A stretch of 57,635 nucleotides of DNA from Nannocystales bacterium (GCA_050633305.1 JBOEGF010000065.1:1-57635), one strand, 5' to 3'. Counted from the first letter of the stretch, positions 20,468 through 31,694 are shown. Notes: a model not told the origin generated them from the sequence alone. Numbers and translations: made by a program.

Positions 20468-21397
20468 CTACTTGACCGGCTCCGGAAGGAGCTTCTCCGG
20501 CCAGCCGTCGAGCTCCACGTTGTCGCAGGCCTCGATCAGCGGCGCGTAGTCCTCGTCCGTGAGGGGATGGAACCACCACGCGGTATTGAATCCGCAGCAG
20601 TATTCTCCGCGCTCGGCCCAGCCCGTCGTTCGGCCGACCTCGCCTCGGTCGCCGAGCACCTCCCACCAAATGCGGATCGGGCCCCTTGCCGCGTCGCGTG
20701 TCTCGACGTGGCGTTCGCGTTCAGGGCTCGTGATCTCTTTCAGCAGGAAATCGCAGGAGAACTTCGACCACTTCACACGTGTGATAGCGAACTGGTCTGT
20801 TTCGATCCTCCTCGTTTCCATTCCAAGGGCCGGCTCTTCGCTGATCTCCGGCAGGCGCGGATACGCCGTGGCGCTCCCGACCCGCCGAATGCTGGAGCAG
20901 ATCGAGAAGACGTCGTCGAGAGTCTTCGGTGTGACGTTCTTGCCCTGGCACCAGAGGCCTGGCGCGAAGCCCCAAACCTCGATGGCGTCCTTGTTACGGT
21001 CCCGGCTTGAACCCCGAGAGGCGAGGGCCGAGTGCTCCTGGTCTTCTTCGCTTCGCAGAGTCTCTCCACCCAGGCGGTCCCGGTGTGTTTCAGCCGTGTC
21101 TGGAAAGCCCCCGTGCTCGTTGAGCCAGATCGTGGCGCCGGAGAGCTTGACCTCGTAAGCGGTTTCGGGAGCCTGCGGAGGCGTAGGCCGAATTCCGTCC
21201 GGGAGTTCAAGCAACATGCGGCTGTTGGGGAACTCCACGATGGTCTGGTGGTTCGGCGAGAGAGCCCGCGAATCGCGGTTGCCGTCCTGCGCGTCGGACT
21301 TTTCCTCGGCTGGTCTGGCGGTCTGTGACGCCGTATCGGCAGCCTCTTGTGTGGTCGCGGACGGGCAGCCGCATGCCAGCATGGCAGCGCTCACCAC
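20468..21397 (-). CDS. Lipoprotein (putative immunity protein)
   Basis: Lipobox-like MLACGC just after the upstream gene's stop; start uncertain (21397 or 21382). Confidence 0.6.
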   Translation of the reverse strand: MVSAAMLACGCPSATTQEAADTASQTARPAEEKSDAQDGNRDSRALSPNHQTIVEFPNSRMLLELPDGIRPTPPQAPETAYEVKLSGATIWLNEHGGFPDTAETHRDRLGGETLRSEEDQEHSALASRGSSRDRNKDAIEVWGFAPGLWCQGKNVTPKTLDDVFSICSSIRRVGSATAYPRLPEISEEPALGMETRRIETDQFAITRVKWSKFSCDFLLKEITSPERERHVETRDAARGPIRIWWEVLGDRGEVGRTTGWAERGEYCCGFNTAWWFHPLTDEDYAPLIEACDNVELDGWPEKLLPEPVK

Positions 21398-21404
21398 CAG
21401 GCGG

Positions 21405-23744
21405 CTAGGTCGGCTTGACCACGAGGTTTGCGAGGCCCGCGGGGAAGCCGTATTGGTCTTCAAGGATGTCTCGGTAGATCGAAGCGAATGTTTCGGTGCC
21501 GCCGATCGGCCAGAATGCACCCGTCCCCGGCTCGTAGGACTTGGACAGGTACCCTCGCAGCGACTCCAGCCGGGTCTTGATTTCCGAGCGGGTCGGGACA
21601 TATTGGATCGCATCGTCGAAGGTGTTCAGGCCGAGGAAGTTGTAGGTCTCAAGGGCCATCTTGCCGGGTCCAGGAAGCCCCGCCAAGCCGGCAGCTTTGT
21701 TCCACGTCTCCCGGTCCAGCGCCAAGCCCCCCAGCGCCAGCACAGCCCCCGCCACGGGCAGCGGCGTCATCAGAGCGAGCGAAGCAACGCCCAACCCGAC
21801 TCCGACAAGCGCGAGGATCGCCTGCTCACGCTTCTCGGACACGTCTGCGTCCTCGCTGGCCGTGTCCGACTTGCTCCGCTTGGCCTTCCGATACGCGACG
21901 TTGGCCTCGCCATACGCCAGCGCCGCCGCAGCGAACGAAAACACCGAAACCACCGGGTCGAGCATCGAAAGCGATGCGCCGGCCTTTCCACCGACCGTCG
22001 TCAACCGCGAGTACGTCTCGTGCGCGTTGCGGAGACGGCCCTGGAAGTACGGAGCCGCTTCGGCCACGCTTCCCACGAAGTCCGCCGCGCCCTTCGTCGT
22101 CGCGAGCAGGCTTGTCGTCAGGGCCAGCGCGTCCGACGACGTCCTGTCCGTCACATCCGCGCGCGTGAGGTACCGGAACGCCAACCCCAGGCTGGCCGCG
22201 GACGTGATGAAGCTAAACCCGGACCATGCCGCCGCTCCAACGAGCCTTGTTCGTTTTGTCCTCGCGAGCAGGTCGTCGAGGAAGTGCTTCAACATCTCCG
22301 GGTTCTCGTTCTCGATGACGTCGAAGTAGTCCTGCATCTTGCTGAAGTACTGCTGCGTCTCAGACGAGAGGGGGTTCTGAGCGTAGGCGGTCTGGAACGA
22401 TGCGCGCAGCATGTAGACCCGGCGCTTGGCCACGCTCTTGATCACGGGCATGAGCCGCGGCGCGGCCATGGTCCACATTCGATAGTAGGTGGCGCTGGGA
22501 GCTCGAAATGCGTCGACGCCGTCTCGCATCTGCCCGAACAGCTTCGTCAGTGATGTCGCCTTCTCCACCAGCTCGGTCTCGGGCACAAACGTCTCGATCT
22601 CCTTGAGCAGTGCCTTCGACGCAGGGCCCTTGGCCTTGACCTTCGACATGTCGAAGTCTCCCTGCACAGCCAGGCGTGCGAGACACATGAACTCACTTTC
22701 GAGCAACTGCTCGAGCGCGGGCGGGGCGGTGGCGAGTTGTGCGAAGGCCTCGACGAGAATCTCCTCCAGCAGGTTCCATACGGTGGGCACGACGTTCTCG
22801 TGCTCGCTCAGAAGCAGCAAAATGATCTCGTTGGTTCGCAACGCATCGAGAAGCTTCATCGCTTCCTTGTTTCGGTCTTGAGCAAGTTTGAGATCCGCGG
22901 TGCCGGGGTGCCCTGGCCGCGCCACACCACTCATCCGCCACTCGAGCGCTGCCGCTGCGGCCTGAGTCAGTCCGGGGATGGTGACGTCACGCAGGGAGCG
23001 GGCGTTGGCGAGCTCAGTCGGGTTGGGCTTGTAGGCGAAGCCTTCTTGGAAGGCGAGCGGGGACGTGACGTAGGGCTTGGTGATCCTCCACAGCCTCTTG
23101 CGCTTGGCCGGCGAGGCGGCGAAGTCCAACATCGCCGAGACCACCTGATGCAGGAGCTCCAGCCGTTCAACCCCCTCCCGCAGCGGAGCCAGCTGCTGGG
23201 CAAGCTTTGCGTTGGCCTCGACAACTGGCTTGATCCACGCGAGTCGAAACGAGGACAGCGCCACTTCGAAGTTGGTGTCCGGGTAGTGGGCACGGTAGGT
23301 GCGCTCTGCCGCGAGCTGTCCATAGGACAGGGAGAGCATGGGTGCGGCTCGGGAGAGCTCCTCGGGAAACCAGAGCAGGGTGGGGCGCTCTTTACCCTCC
23401 GGGGTCGTGTATCGACTCCTGAACCCTGAATCCTCCCGGGCGTGCTTGATGGGAGCGTCGTTCTGCTCGAACTGCTCGAGGTAGTCCAGCAGCTTGGTGA
23501 TATTGCTGTCCTTCTGATCGTCGGTCAGCGCGCCCCACATTGTGGGGCCGTAGGTCAGCGCGCCGAGGTCGTCGTCCGTCCACGATGCCTTCGTCGCGCC
23601 GCCGCCAACTCGCTCGCCGCTGACGACCGCATCCGTGAGATCGGCCAGGTTCACCACGATGAACCACTTGAGCTGGAACTCTCCATCAGGCCGCGTGACC
23701 TGTATCGGCTTGCGCCGCATGCCCGGGATCTGGGGCTCGCTCAT
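21405..23744 (-). CDS. Large helical protein with hydrophobic C-terminal segments (putative membrane-active effector)
   Basis: 779 aa from the ATG overlapping the upstream stop (ATGA); hydrophobic segments such as AILALVGVGLGVASLALMTPLPVAGAVLALGGLAL. Confidence 0.65.
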   Translation of the reverse strand: MSEPQIPGMRRKPIQVTRPDGEFQLKWFIVVNLADLTDAVVSGERVGGGATKASWTDDDLGALTYGPTMWGALTDDQKDSNITKLLDYLEQFEQNDAPIKHAREDSGFRSRYTTPEGKERPTLLWFPEELSRAAPMLSLSYGQLAAERTYRAHYPDTNFEVALSSFRLAWIKPVVEANAKLAQQLAPLREGVERLELLHQVVSAMLDFAASPAKRKRLWRITKPYVTSPLAFQEGFAYKPNPTELANARSLRDVTIPGLTQAAAAALEWRMSGVARPGHPGTADLKLAQDRNKEAMKLLDALRTNEIILLLLSEHENVVPTVWNLLEEILVEAFAQLATAPPALEQLLESEFMCLARLAVQGDFDMSKVKAKGPASKALLKEIETFVPETELVEKATSLTKLFGQMRDGVDAFRAPSATYYRMWTMAAPRLMPVIKSVAKRRVYMLRASFQTAYAQNPLSSETQQYFSKMQDYFDVIENENPEMLKHFLDDLLARTKRTRLVGAAAWSGFSFITSAASLGLAFRYLTRADVTDRTSSDALALTTSLLATTKGAADFVGSVAEAAPYFQGRLRNAHETYSRLTTVGGKAGASLSMLDPVVSVFSFAAAALAYGEANVAYRKAKRSKSDTASEDADVSEKREQAILALVGVGLGVASLALMTPLPVAGAVLALGGLALDRETWNKAAGLAGLPGPGKMALETYNFLGLNTFDDAIQYVPTRSEIKTRLESLRGYLSKSYEPGTGAFWPIGGTETFASIYRDILEDQYGFPAGLANLVVKPT

Positions 23745-25267
23745 GCGCCTGTCTCCGGCGGTGTGGGGCGGGCTCCATCGACGAGAACCCCTAGGACCGA
23801 GCGTGCGCCTCTGCGGATCGAGGCGAACAAATCCGCACGGCCCGCGGAGAGCTGAACCTCTCGAAAGTGCCCGCTGTCGTCGACCACCCAGCTCGCGGGA
23901 GCCTCTGATGCTGCGCCTTCCTCCTCCACCCGCACCTGATGCAGCTGACGGGCGGGTGGACCCGACAGCGCCGTCGAGCCCCCACCACGAACGGTGAACA
24001 CCGGAACCCGCAGCTGATTGTCCGCGTCCCACGCTGCTTCGGGGTCGGACACGGTGAGCTCCCAGGAGATCGGCTGAAACCACTGTGTCGCGTCGAATAC
24101 GTCGAGCCCCTCGGGGTCCCAGACGAGCTGTGCGACCCCGCGGCGTACGATGCCCAGCGAAGGCTCCGAGAGTGGCTCGCCGATGTCGGCCATCGTGACC
24201 TCATCCGCCGAGGTCACACTCTTGGATCGATGAAGCTGGAACGTGACCTCGGCCCCATCGGGCAGCGTTGTCAGTGCGCTGAGCAAGACCCGGCCGTTGG
24301 GTAGCGGGAGCCAGCGAAGATCGTAGTGGCCGTGTTCACAGTCGCCCTCGCGAAGCTCCTCGACGTGTTCCCGATACCAAAGGCAACCCGACTCGGATCG
24401 GTCGTCGAAGGGGCAGACCGCGTGGTCGCCTGATGTACACGGCGCCTGATCGTGGTGCTCGGGAAGGTGTGGGAGAACCACCAACGTGGCGCGAGAGTTG
24501 AGGTGCGGCGTCTCGTTGGCGATCCGATTGAACGAGGCACAGCCGGCGCTGGGATGGGTGGGGTGCAGACGGTTCTCTTCGATCCTCGGGGAGCAGGCGG
24601 CCGTGAAGGCCTCGAGCAGCGCTTCGGTGGTCTGGGGGCCTAGGTCTCCATCGACCGCGAGCTGAGCGTTGCGAGGGCTTGCCTCCGACTCCGCGTGAAA
24701 GAACCCGTGGACGTAGTCGGCCTGGAAATCTCTCACCGCGGCTTGCGTCAGCGCCCCGTCCTGGCCGTCGATGGGGCCTGGGTCGCACTGCAGGACACGA
24801 AGCATCGCTTGGTGCTCTGAAAGGCCCCAGTGCTCGTCGCTGGAGGCGGCAGTGAACCGGTCGACGTCACCCACAAGAAGGGCCGAGAAGATTTCCGCCC
24901 GCCGCTCGGACAGCACTTTGTTCGTCGCGTCATCACCGTCGGAGTCTCCGTGCCCGAAGACTTGGAACACGCCCGTTTGTTCGACAGTCTCATCGCCGAA
25001 CAGCTTTGCAAACCATCCCCCGATGGTCTGTGCTGCTTTGGCCGACAAGAACGTCGCGACCACCGGAGGTCCGGGAAACGCTGAGCCCGCAGCGAACGCT
25101 GCAACGGTGGTTCCTGACGGTCGCACTCGCTGTGGACGAACGAGCACAACCTTGGTGTGATCGCCGACCGGAAGGGAGACGTTGTCCCTCGTCTTCAACC
25201 CCTCACGCGTGTACTCGAGGGTGTCGATGTGTATACGGACCTCGTTTGCCACGGGCCGCCCGATCAT
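23741..25267 (-). CDS. OmpA-like / peptidoglycan-binding domain protein (paralog of 592-2163)
   Basis: Shared N-terminus IHIDTLEYTREGLKTR; GHGDSDG..NKVLSERRA; CDPGPIDG; VDGDLGPQT. Confidence 0.75.
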   Translation of the reverse strand: MIGRPVANEVRIHIDTLEYTREGLKTRDNVSLPVGDHTKVVLVRPQRVRPSGTTVAAFAAGSAFPGPPVVATFLSAKAAQTIGGWFAKLFGDETVEQTGVFQVFGHGDSDGDDATNKVLSERRAEIFSALLVGDVDRFTAASSDEHWGLSEHQAMLRVLQCDPGPIDGQDGALTQAAVRDFQADYVHGFFHAESEASPRNAQLAVDGDLGPQTTEALLEAFTAACSPRIEENRLHPTHPSAGCASFNRIANETPHLNSRATLVVLPHLPEHHDQAPCTSGDHAVCPFDDRSESGCLWYREHVEELREGDCEHGHYDLRWLPLPNGRVLLSALTTLPDGAEVTFQLHRSKSVTSADEVTMADIGEPLSEPSLGIVRRGVAQLVWDPEGLDVFDATQWFQPISWELTVSDPEAAWDADNQLRVPVFTVRGGGSTALSGPPARQLHQVRVEEEGAASEAPASWVVDDSGHFREVQLSAGRADLFASIRRGARSVLGVLVDGARPTPPETGA

Positions 25268-25470
25268 TGGCGGAGTACGAACGGAACGCAAGCAGGCGCG
25301 GTGGACGAGGACAGGGCGCCGGTCGGTATGAGCCATTCGGCCGCGCTCGCAGTCTGGGCGGGCCGAGTGACCGTCCTTCCGCGGCAACACGAGGTCAGCC
25401 TCAGAATGGCGACCGCGGTCGATTGGAAGCACGCGGACCGAGTGGGTCCCGTAGCCGTCTCCTCGTAGTT

Positions 25471-25693
25471 CACCAACACCTCCACCTTCGCCCGCTCTGC
25501 TTTCGCCGACGCCCAACCCGCGCACGTCCTTCCCCGGTGCATGCCCTCACAGCTCCACGAGTTGCTCGCCGCCATGGTCCGCGAGAGCGAGGCCATGAGG
25601 CGCAGCATCGCCGAATGGGCGACCGGCGAGTCCATGCACCCGAGACCAGAGCTACGGCGAGATCCAGCCCCCGGTGTACCGAGCCGGCCTCGT
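25471..25693 (+). pseudogene. Leader plus 5' fragment of the Rpn-like gene
   Basis: Leader similar to 13070-13136; ATG at 25541 gives MPSQLHELLAAMVRESE; small deletion, then homology ends after the RADL-equivalent codons. Confidence 0.8.
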
Positions 25694-25886
25694 CACGACT
25701 CCGTGGCAGGCTTCGAGCGAGCGACGGGTGCTCTCGAACGTCGCAGTCCTCGACGGCGCCCGGCGGACGTCTACGCGTTGCTCACAGACCCTTCCCGCGC
25801 TCGCAAACGCTCGCCCGTCGAAAGCCAGACTCAAGCGGGGCGGCGGTCGACCCTGGTCCGCCGTATCGTTCACAGGAGAAGCGCCG

Positions 25887-28800
25887 CTACCCCCCAGCCG
25901 CCTTCGTTTCCTGAAACCACCACGCAGGCATCGCCACCTGCAGGTCCCAATCGATCCGCATCGGCTTCGCCCCTGCGTGCCCCCCATACGCGCACAACCC
26001 AAGACACAGATACGGCAGCGTGTGCCCCCGCGAGTCCTTCCGCCGCTGCCGTACGAACAGCACCACCTTCTGCTCCGCTCCCGCCTTCGCCGCCAAGTAC
26101 CTCCGCCCCGCGGGCGTCTCGGGATGCGCGGCGCTCTGGCTCTCCCAGCGAAATCGCGACCGGGTGATCGGGAAATCGTTGTACAGCGTGCTGGGCGAGT
26201 AGTGCTTCTCGCTCTTCTCGAGCTCCACAAACAACAGCTCGGTCTTTCGCGACTTCACGTTGTGGATCCCCGACTGGGTCCGGAGCACGCCGTCGTTCTT
26301 GTTGCGCTCGTCGAACGCGGCGAAGATCTCGTCCCGCGAGTACGTGGCATGCAGCCGCAGCGCCACGTCGGCCAGCGGAGGCGCCATGCGGCTGGAGAGG
26401 TGACGGCTGCGGTCTTTGAGGAGCCGCAGCAGCGCGAGCATCTCTTCGCGAAGCCACGGCCGCTCCCAAAGGTCCTCCCAGAACGCGCCCAGATCGTGGA
26501 AGGACCTCCGCATCTGCCCCAGCGCGACGTACAGCAGTCGTTGGTAGGGATCGGATGCATCGCCGGTCGGCGGAGTCGCAACGTGCAACAGCGCGGCAAA
26601 GCGCTCGAGCCTGTCGTCGTCGATGTGGAGCATGCGTGACAGTGCTCGCTCCACCACCTTGTCCCAGTCATCTGCGGGCTGCTCGTGGAGGCCTGCCCGG
26701 CGGCGCAAGGACGTCCAGCAGCACTCTTTCGCGTAGAGGTCCTCCAGGTCCGTCTGCGTTCGGGCCAGGAACTCCGACAGTGTTGGCTCGCTGTCCACAG
26801 CCATGGCGCGAAGCTCCTCGGCAAGTGCTTGTTGTTTGCTCCCGACGACCTTGCGGACGTTCTCCAGCACGGCGTCCTGGGCCAACGCGTCGAGGTGAAT
26901 GAAGCAGCCCGCGGGCAACGCAGGAAAGCCCGCCTCCACGTGCCGCTTGAGCTCCTTGCGGGTGCCGCCCACGATCGCGCGGTAGCGGGAGTCGAAGCGG
27001 AACTTCTTGTGGGCGTGCCCGATGAAGTCGAGCACCGTGCACACTTCTTTGCCGTCAGCGTGCCGCAGACCCCGGCCCAGCTGCTGCAGGAACACGGTGG
27101 CGCTCTCGGTTGGCCTCAGGAAGAGGAGCGTATCCACCTTCGGCACGTCCACCCCCTCGTTGAACAGGTCCACCGTGAACACCACTTGGACCTCCCCCGC
27201 ATTGAGGGCGCGCAGGACTTGGTCGCGTTCGGTGGAGGACGACTTCCCCTACACCATACGCGCACGGATGCCGCGACCGACGAACTGGTCCGTCATGAAC
27301 CGCGCGTGCGCAAGGTCCACGCAGAACCCAAGCGCCCGCATCGAGGAGATGTCCGCGACCTTCTTCTGAGTCTCTTGAAGCACTCGCAGCGCGAACATGT
27401 GGTCCGCCGTGTACACGTTGCTCAGCGCGCTCGGCTCGTAGCGGCCACGCGACCACTTCACCCCGCGCAGGTCCGGCGCGTTGCCGATGCCGAAGTACTG
27501 AAACGGGCACAGCAGCGAGTGGTCGAGCGCTTCCCACAGGCGGATCTCCGAGGCGATCCGCCCATCGAACCATTCGAGCACGCTCTTGCCATCGGCGCGC
27601 TCCGGAGTTGCCGTCAGCCCCACGAGAACCTCGGGCTTCAGCTTTCTCAGCAGTCGATCGTACGACCCCGCTGCGGCGTGGTGGAACTCGTCCACGATGA
27701 CGACGTCGAAGGCGTCGGGGGACAGGGTTTCGAGCCGCTCGGGCGTGAGCGATTGGATGTTGGCGAACACGTGCGTCCACTCGTCGGGGACCTGTCCGTC
27801 GCCAAGTCGCTCGCCAAACCCACCATCGCCCAGGGCGACCTGAAACGTCCGGTGGCTCTGCTCGAGGATCTCCCGGCGGTGGGCGACGAACAGCAGCCGA
27901 GCCTGCTTCAGCTGCTTGCTCAGTCGTCGATAGTCGAGTGCCGCGACCACCGTCTTCCCCGTGCCCGTCGCCGCGACCACCAGGTTGCGCCGGTGCCCGG
28001 CAGCGCGTTCGGCCTCGAGCTCGTCGAGGATGCGCGCCTGATGCGACTTCGGCTCGATGTCGAAGCGAAGGAACGGCGCCGCCCTTTCGCGACGCTCACC
28101 CCGGATCGCCTCGCTGAACGTCTCGGGGTCGTAGGCTCGAAAGCTGCCGTCGCCCCAGTACTGGTCGAACGCCGTACCGAAGCGCTGCAGGATCGACGCA
28201 TTGTCGGCTTGGGCAAGGCGGACGTTCCACTCGAGCCCGTCCAGAACCGCCGCAGCCGAGAGGTTTGATGACCCGACGAACGCAGTCGAGAATCCCGAGT
28301 CGCGGTGAAGAAGCCAAGCCTTGGCGTGAAGCCGGGTTTGGCTCCGGTCGTACGAAACACGCACGTCCGCACCCATCTCGATGAGCACCTCAAGTGCCCG
28401 CCGCTCCGTCGCCCCCATATACGTCGTCGTCAGCACCCGGACCGACCCCGGCCGACGCTGCAGGTGGCCTCGAAGGACGTCCTCGATGATCCGCAGCCCG
28501 CTCCACTTCACGAACGAACACAGCAAGTCCACCCGATCCGCGGACTCGATCTCCAGGCGCAGCTGAGGCCCGAGGCTGAGGTCGTGCTTGCCGTTGATGA
28601 GAAGGTCGCTCGAGCGCAGCGGAATGTTCGGTCTGGGCGGCGAGCGCGGCTCCCGGGGGGCCTCTGCCGCCTCCAACACCGCGGACAGTCGCTGCGGAGG
28701 TACGGGGATCGTGTCCTCCGCATCCGTCCCACTCGACGGAACTCTCGACAACACGTCCAACACGCGGTTCGTCAGCGCGACCTGGCCCTCCAGTTTGTCC

Positions 28801-28991
28801 GAAACGCTCTCCCCGCGAACCGCACGCAACGCTCCACGCAGCCGCGCAGCAACAGCGACCACGAGATGGTCGGGCGCCTCGTCCTGCGCAAGCGGAGAGA
28901 CCTGGCTCAACCCAGACTCGATGTCACCGAGGGCCGCCTCGACCGCTCGATCGACGAGCCTGTCGTAGAGACCTGGAGGCAGCCGGGGCAC
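25887..28991 (-). pseudogene. PLD-like + SF2 helicase + DUF3427-type protein, split by one in-frame TAG
   Basis: LHAKAWL...GSSNLS; AATGTGKT; DEFHH; LTATPER; TVDLFNEGVDVP; TAG at 27249-27251 with the frame continuing. Confidence 0.85.
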
Positions 28992-29255
28992 GAGTCGTAG
29001 GGTCGCACGCAGGGACCTGAAGCTCGAGCTCCTTCGGATGCTTGTCAGGCGGCCCCAGTCGCCGGGCTGGCGACGACGCGCGAAGTTTGGGCAACTCCGA
29101 GTACTCGGTGGGTTTCGGCGCAGAGCGAGAACGCTTCGTCGAGTGTCTGCGGTGACGGTGGTCGTCGAGGCGGACGTGGACGGCGAATCGAAGAACAACA
29201 CGAGAACCCGCATGCGGGCGGCTCACGCCCGCGCACGGCCTCTCGAGGGCGACCC

Positions 29256-30185
29256 CTAGTCGAAGACGTCGAGGTGCGCGGGGGGGACGATTGCCCATCG
29301 GCCGTGTCGCTCGCAGCTGAGGTCGATGCTGAGACCCCAGTTGAAGAGCAGGAGTTCTTCGCCGGCCACCGTGGTCTCGACCGGCTCGCCGTCGGGGGAC
29401 GCCCAGTCTGTTGACTCCCCGAGGGTGACGGCGCGCCAACCAGAGATCGGGCAGCCACCGTCCTGGCCGCATGTGGAGGGCTCGTCGACCCGCGTGTCCC
29501 AGGTGAACGGGCTGCCGCTGGGCAGTGAGGTGTCGGTGACTTCTCCGAGGTCGCGGATCGCGTTACCGACGGCGACATCCAGACCGCCCGCGGACCACAG
29601 GAACAGCGCGTTCCAAACGCACTGGCCATCCTGGTCGGGCTCCCCCCACGCGTCCAGCCAGACGCACGTGTCGTCCGCGTAGAGGTTGTCGAGGTTCGTA
29701 TCGGCGATCTCGATTTCGAGTTCGTCGTCGGCTGCCGACGGCACGCATGGACCTCCGCTGCATCCTGACGCCAGCTGTGCTGTGACCACGCCCTCGACCG
29801 AGTTCACGAGGACACACTGCCTCAGATCGGGCCCCCCGGGCATGTTGCAGGGAAGCTCATCGGTTGAGGAGAGCTGGATGTCGAACGAAGGCTCCTCGCA
29901 GACGAGGTCCGGGTCGAGATCGGTCGTCTCCGACCCAGCGTCGGAGCCAGCTCCGGTCTGGTCGGTGCCGCCGGTCTGGTCGGTTCCGCCGGTCTGCGAG
30001 TTTGCGGACCCGGCACCCGACGCCGATGCAGCACCACCGCTGGTCGTCGCCGCGGACGTCTGGCCCTCGGAGGCCGACCCAGCGCCGCCTGCGGTGGGGC
30101 CCTCCCCGAAGCCATCCCCGTACGCGGGATTGAGCTTCGCGCACCCGCTGCAGACGGCGAGCCCGAGGAGGAGTGTCCGAAGCAT
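29256..30185 (-). CDS. Hypothetical lipoprotein with Gly/Ser/Thr linker
   Basis: MLRTLLLGLAVCSGC; low-complexity linker, then Cys-containing domain. Confidence 0.7.
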   Translation of the reverse strand: MLRTLLLGLAVCSGCAKLNPAYGDGFGEGPTAGGAGSASEGQTSAATTSGGAASASGAGSANSQTGGTDQTGGTDQTGAGSDAGSETTDLDPDLVCEEPSFDIQLSSTDELPCNMPGGPDLRQCVLVNSVEGVVTAQLASGCSGGPCVPSAADDELEIEIADTNLDNLYADDTCVWLDAWGEPDQDGQCVWNALFLWSAGGLDVAVGNAIRDLGEVTDTSLPSGSPFTWDTRVDEPSTCGQDGGCPISGWRAVTLGESTDWASPDGEPVETTVAGEELLLFNWGLSIDLSCERHGRWAIVPPAHLDVFD

Positions 30186-30421
30186 CCGGCTAGAATGCCG
30201 CATGATGGCGAGGCCGGAAATGCCGGCCCGATTGCATCGAGGCGACCGCGGTACGCTTGAACTCGAACGGGTCTTCCGGGGGGCCCCTGCCACGGGACGC
30301 GTCTGCACACGAAACAAGTGCGGTCCGAAAGGCCGCAGCGCAACCGACACGAGCACCAATCCGAGCGCGGGGCGATTCTTCGTCACCCCGGGTACCCCGC
30401 ACAGCTCGGAGGGCGCTGTCG

Positions 30422-30748
30422 TCAGCGGTTTGCTTCGCCCCAGGCGAAGAGCGACTGGAGGATCGGGACCAAGGTCTGCCCTCGAGGTGTCAGGGAGTAC
30501 TCGACGCGAGGGGGGACCTCGGGAAACACCTCGCGGTGCACGATGTCGTCTTGCTCGAGTTCGCGAAGCCGCTGGGTCAGCACCTTCTGGCTGATCTCGG
30601 GGATGGCTCGGCGCATCTCGCTGAACCGCATCGGCCGGTAGACGAGCAGGTGGAGGACGGCGGGTTTCCACTTGCCGCCGATGACGTTGAGCGTCACCAA
30701 CATCGCGCAGTCTCGAGGATTGTTCTCGTGCCAGGGTGCGTCGGGCAT
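30422..30748 (-). CDS. HxlR-family winged-helix regulator
   Basis: IGGKWK...RFSEMRRAIPEISQKVLTQRLRELE...VPPRVEYSLT. Confidence 0.9.
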   Translation of the reverse strand: MPDAPWHENNPRDCAMLVTLNVIGGKWKPAVLHLLVYRPMRFSEMRRAIPEISQKVLTQRLRELEQDDIVHREVFPEVPPRVEYSLTPRGQTLVPILQSLFAWGEANR

Positions 30749-30801
30749 CGTTACTTTTTGGAAACCGAGGCACTTCAAAGTGCCGTCTTGTGGAGGGGGG
30801 G

Positions 30802-31542
30802 ATGGAATCTCAAGGTAGCCGCGTGCAAGAGCCTGTCGAAGTGATTCCGGTTCCGATCCTGCCTTGGGGCATGATCAATGCCTTCATCGTCCGTCAGGGC
30901 CGACGCGCCATTGTGGTGGACGCGGGGACTCCCGGATCGGTGAAAAAGTTCGAGCGAGCGTTGACGCAGGCGGGGCTCTCGTTCGCCGACGTCGAGCTGA
31001 TCGTGGTCACCCACGCCCACATCGACCATGCGGGGAGCGCGGCCCGCCTGCGAGAGATCACCCAAGCTCCGATCGTAGCGCACTGCGGAGACATGCCCCA
31101 CTACTGCGGTCAGGAAGCGATGGACTTCTGCCCGACGAGTCTGTTCGCACGTCTGTTCCTCGCGCTGGGCCCGATCCGCGACCCGTACGAATCGTTCGAA
31201 CCCGACATCGTGCTCGGGGCGAGCGACACCTTGGACCTGGGCGAGTACGGGATCCGTGGACACGTCACCCCGACGCTCGGACATACCGCCGGTTCGGTCT
31301 CGGTGTTGCTCGATGGCGGGGATGCATTGGTCGGCGACCTGCTGGCGTCAGGGATCCTGCTGGGCGGAGTGATGTTCAGCCACCGCGCAAAGCGTCCCCC
31401 TTTCGAAGACGATCCGCACGCGGTCGGGCGAGAACTCCAACGGCTTGTCGGGCAAGGGTTCGAACGGTTTCATATCGGACACGGTCGGACCCTTCCTCGG
31501 GCGGAAGTCGGGCGGCATGCAGAGTCGTTGCTGGCGATGTGA
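30802..31542 (+). CDS. Metallo-beta-lactamase-fold hydrolase
   Basis: THAHIDHAG, GHTAGS, VGD, GHG motifs; divergent from the HxlR gene. Confidence 0.85.
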   Translation: MESQGSRVQEPVEVIPVPILPWGMINAFIVRQGRRAIVVDAGTPGSVKKFERALTQAGLSFADVELIVVTHAHIDHAGSAARLREITQAPIVAHCGDMPHYCGQEAMDFCPTSLFARLFLALGPIRDPYESFEPDIVLGASDTLDLGEYGIRGHVTPTLGHTAGSVSVLLDGGDALVGDLLASGILLGGVMFSHRAKRPPFEDDPHAVGRELQRLVGQGFERFHIGHGRTLPRAEVGRHAESLLAM

Positions 31543-31694
31543 GGCTGCCCGAGGGGCGGGAGGATTCACCAGGACCGTGGTCTCGGCCTGGGTCCCAGGT
31601 TGGTCGCTCTCGCAGGCGGCGACTACGGGTCTATCTAGGCCACAGAGGAAGCGTCCCGAAACGCGCGACTGAAGGGTGGTGGTGGCCTGTGTCT

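Noticed and set aside
29956..29996. 18-bp tandem repeat
   Set aside because: Simply encodes a QTGGTD linker repeat in a lipoprotein.
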